A DNA stretch of 63,819 nucleotides, filler included, from Sluysia triapertura (GCA_046118255.1; 5 parts of 5 records of this genome joined end to end with filler, not necessarily neighbours in it); one strand, 5' to 3'; counted from the whole stretch's first letter, positions 1-13,443 are shown. Translations and numbers: made by a program. The notes: a model not told the origin generated them from the letters alone.

Positions 1-486
1 ATAATTTTCAATGAAATTATTGTCAATCTTTCGGACTTGATGTAAACCAAGTGAAAAAATCTTAGCTGCTTTAGAAATTGCAGGGGAAACATTTGTTCAT
101 ATAAACAAAATAACACTTCTACATGTGTATAAATTGTGTCAAAGGTAAAATAAAACAATAATAATGATAATAAAAGGATAATAAGAAATTAGCGGTAAAA
201 CAAAATAATGATATTACGCAACACGAAAAATAAGAATCAAATTACCACGCCCACATACTGGTAACATGATATAACGCTAAATGTAATATAGCACAAGCAA
301 TAACGATCATATTATCTAAGTGAACGCTTATAGTACGAAACATGGCTAAATAGACACTCAAAAAGATATCGGTCATAGGAATTTGTCTATGCAGCAAACG
401 TAAAATTTAATATGGAAATTGTAGCATATGTAAGAAAGTAAAAAAAGCTGTATAACACACAAGTTTAATATTACTTTGGAGAATTC

Positions 487-735
487 AGTGACAGTTATTA
501 ATTAATTATTTATTCGGTAACTGATCAAGTTCCAGTTATTTATTCAGTCACAGTTTTTTTATTAAGTTGCAGTTATCCATATGGGTGCAGCTGTGTATTG
601 GTTATTTATTCAATTGTTGGTCAAGTTCTAGTTAGTTATTTAGTCGCAGTACCGATTAATTATTCATTCGGCCATTGCCCGAGCTCCAATTATTTATTCG
701 GTTGCAGTTACAGATTAGTGATTTATTTGATTGAA
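487..735. repeat. Degenerate minisatellite built on an AGTTATTTATTCRGT-like motif
   Basis: Variants of (c)agttatttattc(a/g)gt recur about every 20-45 bp across the interval. Confidence 0.6.
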
Positions 736-1429
736 ACTATAAATTGGACTCCGACGTTTCTGTAGTTAGACATTTATGTACATTGTAGCTGAGAAGACGA
801 AAATAATACTCAGACGTTACATTTGATTAGCTAAATACAAAAAATTAATTCACATCTATAAAGGTTAAAATACTTTTAGAAAATGTGGGTTGAAATATTG
901 ATCATAATTGTCGTATTTTACTCATATTTTGTAGATGAATTTTAATATTTGATACCTCAGAATATTAAGAGCAAATTTGAGGCTTTTTAATTATATATTA
1001 ATCCATTGAAACTCGAATCGCCAGCCTTTTAATTTGTACCAACGTATTTTAACTAATGCAAAAATTAAAAGTTGTGTTATAAGAATTTAATGTGCTTAAA
1101 TGAACTCTTGCTAAACTTTTCTCCTTTATAACTATTAAATATTAATGTATGTTTTAAAATTGTAAAGTTTGCAATGCAAATCAAGATTAGAAAGGATAAA
1201 TTATTAGTGTTGATGTAAACTTCTTTAATAATATCTGCACTCTATTAAAATATTAATTTTACTTTTACTGAAGGTGTGAATTAAGTACCCGCCTCAGTTG
1301 TTCGAGATGGAAGTGCTTAACAAAATTCTTATCACTCTAAATTTTATTTATTTGAATTCCTATATATGCTTTAACTATTTTGCAAAGAAATTAGTTCCAA
1401 CTCAATTTAAATGAAAGATCTATTAAAAA

Positions 1430-2814
1430 ACTCATTGAAAGCATTTTTAACATATAAATTCTGTTTTTGAAATGTATTTCCCACAAACATTTTTATTACA
1501 TTTATCACAAAGGTTTTTAAATCTATTTCTATTGCATGACTCTTGAACTTATAATTCTTCCGGGCCTCGGTTGTATGAATTTTTGTCGTTGGAATGGAAG
1601 TGTTGTCGATTTCTTTATAGTTACTACTTAGCTCTTCAGCCAATTGGAAAATAAAGTCATCTTGAAATATTTACTTGAGTGGTCTCTTTATACAGAATCC
1701 AAGCATTGATAGCTGCTCAATCTAAAATGTTATAGAAAATTTGTAGAGGCTATCTGCGTGAGCTTACTTTAACGTTATATTTTCGGACTATTTGGTCAAG
1801 TATATCCACGCTATACTTGGTGCTATTATAATATCTTACCGTTTTTGGAGTAAGTTTTTTATTTTGTTCAATTGTTATATTTTTATGTTTTGAACTTAGT
1901 AGTAAAACTTTTTGATTAGACTTACTTTTATAAATGGTCAGGGTATAATTTTCAGATTTATAAAGTTTTGTAGAAAACTGTGTTATTTTATCTTTCTTAG
2001 TTTTCGCAATTTTAGGTAATTCTTTTCGGTTTGCACGTATACTACCTACCAAAGTAGTTTTTTTGCAAGTGAAATGCTCGTAAAAATTATCTGCAGTAAT
2101 GTTTCGTCCACAACCTAAATATGGCTCTGCAAGCTTAGTACAAATAAGCTCAAGGGAATGTTTGATCCTCGGGTTTCACCTTTGCCTGTGTAAGGAAAAC
2201 CGTTTACAAGGTATTTGCTTCTGACATCTGATACCAGCCAAAATTTGATATCAAATTTATCAGGCTTATTCGGCATGTTTTGTATAAATCGGCATCTAGC
2301 TTTAGTATGGAACAGTTGCTCATCGATTGTTATGTTTGCATCAGGTTTGTAACAAGCCTAGCTATTCTCTATAAATTTATCCCATATTTTTGAAATCAAG
2401 GCAAATTTTTTTATCAAAACGTATTTCCATAAATTTATCTCTAGACATTGGGCGAAAAAAGCCGGACCCCACTTCGCAGACCACAAATACAAACATTTCA
2501 ATTTTTTTGGCTCATGTTATTTCACCAAAAACTACTCACACGCGATGTATAAATCGAAATGATGATAAAAGGCCTTATATGACCAATGAATATTATGTGG
2601 AATGCGATTAAATCACACTGAGTCAAATTGGCTCAACCGCAAAAATAGGTAAACTACATTCGATAATGCAAAATGAAGGGTTCTGCGGGGAAGAATAATC
2701 AACATTTACATATATTTTATTATTTCACTAAAAACCAACGTATGCTTTTAAAAACATCATGGTTATCAAATTTTTAATGAGTCAAATTGGCTCAGTCTGT
2801 AAATTTAGTGTTAA
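1430..2814 (-). mobile_element. Decayed piggyBac (PGBD4-like) transposon with its 5' terminus
   Basis: Minus-strand frames give ITIDEQLFHTKARCRF..NKPDKFDIKFW, GRNITADNFY, VGSIRANRKELP, YYNSTKYSVDILDQ, AAINAWILYKE and a Cys-rich tail (CNRNR..LCDKCNKNVCGK..IC), with stops and frameshifts. Terminus TTAA (2811-2814)|CACTAAATTTAC; a 17-bp subterminal repeat TGAGTCAAATTGGCTCA at 2619-2635 and 2778-2794. Confidence 0.9.
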
Positions 2815-3623
2815 ATTTTTTTATGTATTTGATATATTTTCTCATTATTTAAGAACAAAAAAGTTTCATTCTAAACATTTTATTTATACATAAACTGCAT
2901 TTTTTTGCTACATATACAATTAACATGCTAACTCGGTGTGCAATCTTCTAAGTGCAACGTATAGCGGGCTCGCGGTATTTTATCGAACGTGCACTAATAA
3001 CTCACAACAAAATACATGTCTCGTCCATTTCTGTACGCATATTTTAAATGTATTGATAATTCCTATCGATTGTGTGGTGTTTTGTATGTGACATGTATAA
3101 ATCCATCCCAGTTAAAAGGTTAATATATACATTTAAATATATAAATTTTAATCAATAAATCAGTATGCTGGGATTTTATTTGAAAAACTACCTTACAATA
3201 TACGATTTACCAATGGCATATCTGTACATAACGTGAAAGTATGTTTAAAGAATAACATAAAAATACTTTTTTGCTTCATCCTGCATTATAAAATTCCTAG
3301 TAAATGCTATTAGTAAATTATATGCTAAAACACAATAACAACGGTTACCAACGTGTTCTTTTATCGGGTAATATTGCAAAAAGATTTAGGTTGAAACGTT
3401 ATGTTATTTACTTTATCAAAGGGTGTAACTAATTATCTTTAAATGTATGTATATTTTAGTAAGATGATATTATAGCTAATTTTATATTGTAACCTTAACT
3501 AGAAAAATGGCCAGATATCAAATATATGTACAACGAACAGCTCCAAACTTAGTTTTATATCAAAACGACAAATGTTCTATAAAGTGTATTAAAACTTAAA
3601 AACGTTAAATTCACAAATGTAAT

Positions 3624-4200
3624 TTATAGCAAAATAATGATATGAACAATAATAATAATTAATTTTTTAAATAAATGGCCTAGCCGAAAGACTCGGTCAG
3701 ATTGATTATATTTTGTAATTGGTCTTATTGACCAACGAAAATAAGGTGATTTTCTATAACGACTAAAATTTACCATTAAAACTATTACAAATTTTTTAAT
3801 TGTCAAACTAGGCTTAAGGCCTTTAAAAATTAAGTATTTTAAATAAACAACAAAATTTAACAGTTTATTCATACAATAAAATATAGCGAAAAAACACATA
3901 AATGTACTTAGAATACTATAATGAAGTTTAATTGATGTTTGTTTTCTATAAGTACCATCAAGAAAATCATATTCCGTTAAAAATGTATCTGCATTTAAAA
4001 GTTTTATATTTTCTATAATTTTTGAATATCGGTTTTCAGAAAATTTTTCTGTAGTTATAGTATCAGGCATAATCATTGTATTTCTTAGTTCTTTAGGAGC
4101 AATTCGGCACGTCAAATGAGCATAAGTCATACAATCATTGAAATCATCATCAAAACCTTTATCATGTGCCTCAAACCACTTTTTGCTAAATGAAAATTAA
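3624..4200 (-). other. Unassigned ORF or gene fragment with a hydrophobic segment
   Basis: 168-aa ORF, long for this composition. The frame stays open upstream (FSKKWFEAHDKGFDDDFNDC). No family recognised. Confidence 0.25.
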
Positions 4201-4573
4201 CATATCATTAATAGGTCATCTGGTGGTATTTTCATTAGTATTTTCACCAGATTTTTTTCAATTCGAAAATTTCTGGATGTAAATAAGAGTTTATATCTTG
4301 TATACATCCAATATGAATAATTTGCCATAAAAACTCTAAAATAGCTGTCAGAGAACCGCTGTAGACTTGATTTAAATCATTCGGTCCTAGATTAACACAA
4401 ATAATACAAATTTCGGAATACAATAACAGTATTTGCCGTTTTCATAACATAATACAAGTAAATTATTGATTTTTAATTTTATAATTTTAATTTTTTAAAA
4501 GCTATACTTAATATATACTTGGTATAATATAATAATTGTAATAATAGAATAAAACTACATTATTTACAATTAG

Positions 4574-5495
4574 TCACGCTAAGGTCGCTTTTTGTTTTAA
4601 ATTCGATTTTGATCCAGGAACTTCAAAAACGTAATTATATTGCTTAATTTGAACCGATGTCAATGACGCTCTTGAACATTGAATAGCAGTTTCCAAATCA
4701 TCCAGAGTTAAACAGACTTGGCTATCTGCTTTGTTATTATCTACTCTCAGTAATGAATATTTCACTGCCTCATCTGTAATTACTTTAAAATCTGCATACG
4801 GATAGTACTGTAATCAATTATCTCGGTGACTTTGTGCTTTTAGAAAACCAACTAATCCAGACTGATCTATTGTTATGCAGTAGCCGCAATACAGCAGGAT
4901 CAATTAATTTTGGTCTATTGATAGCAGCAAGAATAAAGACCGAGGTTCTCGTATTATTAGAGTTATTTGATTGATTAAAACTAATTCCATCTAGCTCAGT
5001 TAACAATTGATTTACAACTCGATCTGTAACACCTTTACTGTCATGACCGCGTCTGGGAGCTAAGGCATCGAATTTTTCAAAGAAAACAAGACTAGGTTGA
5101 TTTTTGTACAATTCTGTAAATAATTTTCGAATACTAGCTTCACTAGAACCGATGTACTTGTTTAGTAATTCAGGTCCTTTAATATATCGAAAATTAATTC
5201 CTAATTCGTTTGCTAATGCCATCGCCAAATAACTTTTCCCAGAACTTGGTAGTCCGTATAATAAAAAACCACGCTGCAACCGTAGGGGACACTTTGCAAA
5301 TAATTTTGGATATTTAAATGGACAAATAAAAGTTTCTGTTAAATTTTGCTTCGCATAATCTAAACCAACTACATCTTGATATGTACAGTTAACTTTAGGT
5401 TGATCTATTTGTGAATTGCTCATTAGGCATTTAATGAATAAAGATTGATACTTATTTAAGTCTAGAATAGAAGAATTTCTAACATATCCTGATAA
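4574..5495 (-). pseudogene. PEX1: Intronless, 5'-truncated peroxin 1 (AAA ATPase D2 domain plus C-terminus)
   Basis: KYPKLFAKCPLRLQRGFLLYG..GK, IKGPELLNKYIGSSE and APRRGHDSKGVTDRVVNQLLTELDG are PEX1-type, and the 4574-4765 ORF ends KQKATLA (PEX1 ends ~QKVTLA). Walker B is altered (FFEKFD vs FFDEFD), the GRLD segment is lost and the frame shifts near 4880-4800. Confidence 0.88.
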
Positions 5496-5660
5496 TGTAG
5501 GGAAATCACACAAAGTTCATCACATAAAAACATTTCACATGTACACAGATTATTAAACAAACTACTAAACTCATTCAAAAAACAAAAATAATCATCACAC
5601 ATAATTATCATGAACATAATTTAATATCCACACCATCATTCTAAATTATATAATAACCAC
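5496..5660 (+). repeat. TGTAG-initiated G-depleted repeat head that truncates the PEX1 copy
   Basis: Begins TGTAGGGAAATCAC, followed by ~160 bp of C/A-rich, almost G-free sequence resembling the other TGT-initiated heads. Confidence 0.4.
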
Positions 5661-6839
5661 GTTATTGTTATCATTATTATTTCTTTATCCTTATTATAAA
5701 CCTTTCTTCTTATTCTTGTGTTTTTTCTTCAGTTTATATATTTATATATATTCGTGTATATGTGTACATATATTTACTTACCGATTCTATTAGTGCTGTA
5801 TCGTATATTCAATCATATATTAATCTAAAGTTTATCAATACGTACCATTTACCCACAGTTGTCACGGAAAATGTACCGTGTTGGAAAATAACTACTTTCA
5901 CCAAAAATAGATAAAAATACTGAGATCCAAAACATACAGAAATCATATTTACTACAAATCAAATATGTACAAACTATTATATCAGTACCTTGTCTGCTCT
6001 TCTGAAAAATAACTGAAAATAAAACAAAAAATAATAAAAATTATAATTATGAAGCAAAAACTTTATGTTAAAAAAATCGATAATAATGAATTTGATATTT
6101 TAATTTTTAACAAAGACACACGATTAACTCGATTAAAATAATTTTACAAATCTCACAAAAAACTGATTTTTTGGTTGGAATTTCATTTGTGTAAGGAGTG
6201 TAAACCAAAATTCGTCAGAGTATCACTACGGATAATTTTATTATACGGAGATTTTGCTGAGGAACCTATTTGCGAACATAATATTTAAATATTAAATCCG
6301 TTAGTTATTGTTATAAGTTGACACTACTTTAATTGTTTTAACATTTTTGTTTTTGAAACTCCTTTTTTAAGAAGGTGTAACAACTAAAATACGAAGATTA
6401 TATTATAATCTATTAAAACTTTTATAATTATATATATTTTGTTATCTTTTGTATTCTAACTTCATGTATTTTGTTAATAAACATCTTCATCTGGATTTTA
6501 ATTTTAATTCCTGATTTTAATCGGAGGTAATTTTCACGTTAAAATATTGAAACAGTTGGATAAAAGAAACTAAGGTACGCCGTTTTTATACGGTCGAAAA
6601 ATACAGGCTAAATATTTTTGAAGTTTTTGATAATTTTTGATAATTTGAGTTGATTAACCTTTATTTACTACCTAAATAACAGACAAGAAGGATCTACTAA
6701 ATTTTTCAAGGAACTAACAAAAGTATAATTGACTTCTGCATCAAGCATAAACCATCTCATTTAAAACTCAGTCGTTAAGTTTGTTTTACGTTATCTTGTC
6801 ATTAAGTTTATCAAGTTTTATTAAGAAGAATCTGATTGA

Positions 6840-6919
6840 GTACCTCCATAATTTCTTCTAAGATACTGCCTGCAACTTAGCCCTTAAGTGTGTAAGTCTA
6901 AGATTGTAAGGAACTCACA
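6840..6919 (-). repeat. Terminus of a dispersed TGTGAGTTCC... repeat (LTR- or Ginger-like end)
   Basis: Reverse complement aligns with 13908-13990; more diverged copies at ~10615-10660 and 23376-23462. Homology stops at TGTGAG/CTCACA. Confidence 0.65.
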
Positions 6920-7014
6920 GTTAAGAATAAATAAATCTTTTACACTACTTTTTCACATTGCACTTTTAACATATATATTTGATTTCTCTAAATTTTGATC
7001 TTAATGATAAGCTA

Positions 7015-7400
7015 TTATTTGGTGAGTTGAAAGTTAAAATATTGGTAGGTACAGATTTTCAAGTAACTAATTATGCATTTTAGAAAAATGTGATTTTATC
7101 ATTTAATAGTACTCAAGTTGAAGGTGGAAACAGTCAAGCACAAAAAACAATATTAGAAAATATTCTAAATTATAGTCATGATATTGAAAGCTGTAACATT
7201 AAATGTCATTGCATATGCTTCAAAAAGTCACTAAGTACAATGGATTGAAAAATCAAAGCAGTTTGCAATGCGTGGTTCATTATTGTTTGATTTTTTCAAT
7301 CAACCGAAATATTTGATTGCAATTGCAAAGAAATAAATTGCCTTCTACCTGATGCAAAAATATCTGTAGGACGAGTTAAAATTGGATATCAATTAGGTCA
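7015..7400 (+). mobile_element. Maverick/Polinton major capsid protein remnant
   Basis: Translations KNVILSFNSTQV..ILENILNYSHD, WIEKSKQFAMRGSLLFDFFNQPKYLI and LPDAKISVGRVKI follow the order of Polinton MCP motifs (IETLLNY, G.L..D.FNQ.KYL, DA.LFV.KVKI); stops and deletions present. Confidence 0.7.
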
Positions 7401-7609
7401 ACAAAAATCAAATGTAACATAATTTTTATAAGTACTGTATTAATAAATATTTGTATTTAATTTGTCTTTTTAATCATTATCAAAATTTATATTACTAAAG
7501 TTTATAAACTTTAATAATCATCAAAATTGTTTTAAAATCAATCGTTATAAAGAATATACTATTTAGAACATTACATTATTGATAGAATTTAAATATATAA
7601 AGACGTTAC

Positions 7610-7880
7610 TGTCGTGACCAAACTCATTACTCAAAATTTTAAATCTTTATAGCACAACTATGCAACCAGACAACACCTATACCATTTAAAATATTTAATA
7701 TAAATTCAAATTTAAAATTAATCTACAAAAAGAAAATGAAATTTCTATAATTCAATTCTAATTCTTCTCAATTCTCCCTTATAACTCTTTTCCTACTCAC
7801 TCACTCCTTCTTAACCTTCTAATTTACACTTTATAACCCCTTCTCTCCCGCTACCATCAATCTACGAACTATATCAAGCA
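7610..7880 (+). repeat. TGTCGTGACCAA-initiated G-poor repeat (subfamily B)
   Basis: Shares AACTCATTA and GAAA.TGAAATTTCTATAATTCAA...ATTCT..CAATT blocks with the copy at 15342-15540. Confidence 0.7.
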
Positions 7881-9304
7881 GTTTTTGAAAACAAATAATA
7901 CGGATTGTTATCGAGATAACGAAAATATTAAAACAGATAACATGGGAATATTTTAGCAATATGATGTGGCTTTGAAGCGCCACATGTTAACAAAAAAAGA
8001 AAGAATTTGAATTACTTCATTAATCAATTAGATAAAGGAGACTCCAGCAGATCGGTTATATTATTTACAGCTGATAACGAAGTAATACTTACAGAAGATA
8101 GTCTAGAAAGTGTATTATGTTACCTTAATTCATCTATTATTTCGTTTATGCAGAAACGCGATATTGTATTACAATATACTTTTTATCTATCACTTTCTGG
8201 TACTAATGAAACTTCGAAAAATCAAGTCACTTCACAAAGAGTCAAAATCTTATTCGAGAATAGTTCGAAAATACCTTTGGATAAATATGAAATATCTGTT
8301 TTTGGGATTTGTATAATATAAAAAAATAGCTTGATACTTAAAGCACGCTAATATCATACGTCAATGCGTATCATAAACAGAAAATTGAAATATTTACATC
8401 TGGGAATTCACAGATCATTTCGCTATGTAATCGAAATCATTCATAGTGTCATGAATTTACTAAGATAATTGTAGAAAGATTCTTTCGGAGAAGAAATTTT
8501 GAACGACTTATTGAAATCAATAACAAAACTATTTAAAATCGAAGTTAAAACGTCATCGAAACCTGATTTACGAAAATAAACATAAAATCGGTCACTGGAT
8601 TATATAAATACAACATACACAAATAAAAGATAACCTTATCAAGTTTTTAATATCAGTGTCAGACATGCAGAAATTATCAAATTCAATTTCATCAGATTTA
8701 ACAAAACACTTTGAATTTTCCAGGAAAAATGTTAGATAAAAGATTTTTGAATTATTTAGCGTATATTCAGTTTCTCCAAAAATTGATTTATCAGGTAATA
8801 ACATCACTGATATGATTATTAAAAAGAAGAAAACTACAGAATATGAAGAATTTTCTGTAAAAATGTTTTTAGAAGATAGTTCAGATGTCGAAAAATTGAT
8901 ATCAAAACAAAATATGATTTCTGGTAGTGCTTCCATACACATTATTAAAGCAGTCAAACTAACTAACAACCGATCGGTACTGGTGAATTTCGATTGTTTT
9001 CTATTTTATTAGAATTGATATCTTAGTGATAAATTGTGTGTATTAAACGAAATAATTTTATACAACACAATAATAATAATTTCTATCATAATAAAATCCT
9101 TTAATATGTAAAATACCGCTACGCAATATGTTGCTAATTATTTCTATGTTTATTTGCTACTAAGTTTAGTAGTAGGCACAATTTCAATTTATACTTTGCA
9201 CGTCAATTTTGTTGACCACAACTGGTAATTACACACTTTAGTCCGGTTATATTTCATATGAAGCGAATAGTTTATAAAGTCATTGTCGACAAAGTTATAA
9301 AGTA

Positions 9305-9660
9305 TAAAGTGGCTATATCTACGAACTATGTTTGGATCAACTATGAATGAATATATTATGATTATTTTTGTACTTTTAGATAATGAAATTAAGTTATTCA
9401 TTGGAGACAATATGAACAAATTTAATTTTAAATCAATGGAAACATTGTACGATCCATACAAAGTGGCTATATCTACAGACTATATGTTTATTTTAGTACC
9501 GACGAAATTTAATACTATTTGGAGCACAGATACGTTTGGATCAACTATGAATTAATATATTATGTTTATTTTTGTACTCTTAGATAATATCAAGTTATTG
9601 TTGAAAACAACCTGAATAAAATTAATGTTAATCAAATCCAGACTATGTTTGATCCATCTA
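9305..9660 (+). repeat. Local tandem duplication (~165-205 bp units) of a coding-like segment
   Basis: AAAGTGGCTATATCTAC, TTTGGATCAACTATGAAT.AATATATTATG.TTATTTTTGTACT and GATCCAT each occur twice. Confidence 0.75.
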
Positions 9661-10869
9661 AGATCATTGTTTAAAAGTAATATACTCTACTGTTAATACA
9701 TTCTTTTCTTTTATCAAGGAAATCTTTATCCAAAAATTTTATGTTCTTAATAAATTTTCTTAAAGTAATATCACGGCTTTTATCATTTTTAATGAATTTA
9801 AATTAAATGTATCTTTGTAATAATAAATATAACACCGAAGTTACTTTATTTTTTTTACTAGACGTTGAATATTCTAGACATTCAACAAACAAGATATGAC
9901 TCATTATTTATCACAAGTAAATTTTTTCTTTATTATTCATTTATACAGCATATAATTTTTCTGACACAATAATTTTATATATTCTGAGGTAAGTTTTTAT
10001 CATATAGTTACTGTTTTTAGTGTGAAATAACAGAAGAAATACATGCAGATAAACACATGTGGCATATTTAATTTTTAGAAATCAAAAATTTATAAAGGTT
10101 TTTATTTTTTATTTAATTAATTTTTACATTATTTGCAAATGGCGAACAAGGCCGAAAATGGAAATAAAAACAATATGTAGAAATGTAACGGTTATTTTTA
10201 CAAATCACGAATGAAGACACAATTAATGTATAAAATAGAAATGCAGATGAAAAGATACTTTTTAAGAAGCTTTTCTAAAAATAACAATTTAGAAAGTGAA
10301 AATCACCAAGTTTTATGTTATCATTAAAGTGATAAAAATATAAAATCAGTACTTTTTTCAACGAAATAATAAATTTAAGAAATTAAAAATCAATAAGGAA
10401 ATAATAAAATACAGGCAGGAACTAAGATCAAGGATGGTGAAATTAAAGTATGGTACGATAATGATTTCGAAACAGATTCACTATATGAAAACACAATACA
10501 CACAAAGTTACACATTGTTTTTTATATAGAAAGTATAAACCTTAGTAATCACCACTGTGCTGATGATATTATTTAAACGAAACCTCAATTTTTTAAAAGT
10601 TGTCATAATTTTACAACTAAGCCCTCATCGAGTGTAAGTCGTAGATTGTAAAGGGACCCGTAAGAATATAAATTATTTTGCTTAGTTAGGAAATAAAAGA
10701 AGAAACCGAGCATATTCCAAGAATTTCTAGTTGGTCGGAACCTTCAAAAAATCTAGCATTTACAAAATACCTTCCAGTAATTTCAATTTACATGTTAAAT
10801 AATTATGATTTTAATTTTAAAGGTTGTTTTGCAAACATTGTTTTGAACACATTGATTCTAATAGTGATA

Positions 10870-11210
10870 AGGTTCCAGTCAGAAGATGAACAGCAGCATT
10901 GAAGAATGTTCATTATAAAAAATAAAACCATACTATCTTATCATGCTACAAGTTCATCGCATGTTTATTACCAATACTTATTTAGTAACAGTTAATTTTG
11001 ATCAAAAGCAATAATTCGAGACTCAAATCTTATTTCCACAAAAATCCTTATCAAAATAAACAAGTATATATCAACAGTTGATAAAATGGATTCGTGGATT
11101 TTATAATTCTTAAGGCCACGGAACTCTTGTTTCACAACCTCTACATACATACAATCAGAAAATTTTTTTAATGCAAATTTTATTATTGCGAATTGTTTTA
11201 ATATAGAGTA
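10870..11210 (+). mobile_element. Possible C-terminal part of a Maverick major capsid remnant
   Basis: SYFHKNPYQNK and ENFFNANFIIA loosely resemble the MCP KNPFNF and Y..GYTL.AF motifs; heavily degraded. Confidence 0.35.
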
Positions 11211-12229
11211 TCATGTTTGAACACAATTGAATATTTAAACATTTAAGCATTTTATTTTTAATAAGAACAAAAAATTGTAAAACAAAAATTATTAAGCATT
11301 ATCAATATTAATTAAGAAAATATATATGAAAATAGAAAATGAACTTAAAAAGCATCGTTGTACTTCAAAAACAATTAAGAATCATATATAAAAATCATAT
11401 TCATGTGAGAACTTTTTATTTATTATTTCGAATTACTTTTCTTTTGTAATTGTTGTATTGTTTAATTTCTATTTACGTTTAGAATACTTAATTATTTTAT
11501 TAAATAAGCAGTTTATATAAGCAGTTTATATCTCGTTATGGGTACTTGACCATTATTGTTAAATATTAAAGCATATTTTTCAATTCTTATGATAAAAATA
11601 ACTTTTATAAAAATCTTACAAGCATAATACTGCCTGAATTATACTCGGAAGTGCCTATTCTAAAGTCATCTTTAACCCAATCAATTTGTACAGAATGCAT
11701 AATTTAAACTTTTCAACTTGAAGTAGCCATAGAAACATGTAAAAAATAATGAGCCAGGGTAAACATTTCTTGTTAATCAGAAAATTCAAGACGTCTTGTA
11801 TTCAATATTCTAATTGCAGAAATTCCGATTTCTTTTAATAACATTCTTGATAATTTTTGATCTAGGTACTGAATTGAGATTTTTTTTCTTTCCACTGTAA
11901 TTATATTATCTAAAAGCATAGAAATTTTATCTACTTTATTAACAATGTTATTAGACATTTTAATTTCTTAAATTCAATAAACATGTGCTTAAAATTCGTG
12001 CAAAATAACTTTAATAGAGAATTCCACTAAAATATATCACAATATATCTAAATAAAAAATAACATTTGCTAAATATTTATAATAACATGTTGCGTTAGAA
12101 CAACAAAGTAATAAAATGCCAATAAGAACAATAAATTGATTTTATTAGAATAATAATAATAAGACTAGTTTTATGAATTAGGATTATTGTATGAAATTTG
12201 TTAAATTTTTAATTGTTGTGTTAGACTGA

Positions 12230-12430
12230 GTTGAAGTTAATATGTTTGGGCTTGCGATCAACACACAAATATGTATAAGGGTACCATCACAACCCTTTAA
12301 ATGTAATTTAGTATCAATGCTAATCGCATGTTCTCTGTCGAAAGACATTTTAATTATTCGCCATATTGGATTTTTTAACTTAAAGAATTTGTACATTTTA
12401 ATAATTATAAGGAAGGTTACGCTCATAAGA
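12230..12430 (-). mobile_element. Second Maverick/Polinton packaging ATPase remnant
   Basis: SVTFLII, FFKLKNP and, in another frame, YPYTYLCVDRKP match the order of A32-like ATPase motifs (SVI.ITQN, LFKNP, PYGYLLIDLKP). Confidence 0.5.
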
Positions 12431-13443
12431 ATATAAAACCTAAAATATACGTAAAATCTTTGTAATAATTATTTTAATCGCGATTACCGAAAGTCAAAAT
12501 CAATTACTATAATTATTAAGGTTAAAAAATTAAAGGCCAAAAAAAGCTTTAATTTTAAAATATACGTGATTATTTTTATCATCTTCCATTTGTGATTCTC
12601 GCTTAAAGTTTTTTATAAATTTGTTAATTGTTTTTTTAATAAAACAATTTATACAATAAAATTGTTTTGTATAAATTGTGAAATAAACTATTTTCTTGTA
12701 TTATGTAAGATGTCTCGTGTTTAATATGTAGTTATTCATTGTTTGATTCATCATGAACTAAAATGCGATATTTCATTATAACATCATACATTTCCTTTTT
12801 ATTGTAACTTATTCTAATATTTAAACTACATTTATGCTATGGTTTTTTACTGACTATAACTTTTAGCAAAATATCAAATTATGGGTTCGCTTATACTACA
12901 CGATTTATTTCTGGATGAAGATGTGTGTATAAGAATATAAAGAAGACTTTAATTCGAGAGGTTCTTTTTATTGCTAAATTCAATACATGTATATTTATCA
13001 AAAAAACACTTAAGACGCTAAGGTTTATTAATCAAAAAACTATATACAAAAAACTTTAGATAAACTAAATAATAATAACAAAATTAAAACAATAAAAAAA
13101 TATTGCTTATTTATAAGATTGTGGATAGTGAAAAACTAGCCGCTTAATTTATTGATTTTAAGTATAAAATTATCTCTACCATAAAATGGAGAAAATCCTA
13201 ACAATTAAAAACTTACGAATTCTCTTGTGCAATAAAATATATCAATCCGATAAATGATTCCTGTAATAGCTGTTATAACACTGTGTAATCACGTAAACTG
13301 ATTCAAACACACTGAATGGCTTTTATTGTGTAATTTTATGTGAATAAATCCTCTTTTTTAAAGTAGAAAAAATTGAAAATGAATGGCATCAATCAATTAA
13401 ATTTTATTTTATTTTAATCAATTGTATTTTATCTCGTGCTAAA

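Noticed and set aside
4818-5513. Intact 231-aa AAA ATPase gene
   Set aside because: The start codon comes from a flanking repeat, Walker B is altered and the C-terminus is out of frame.
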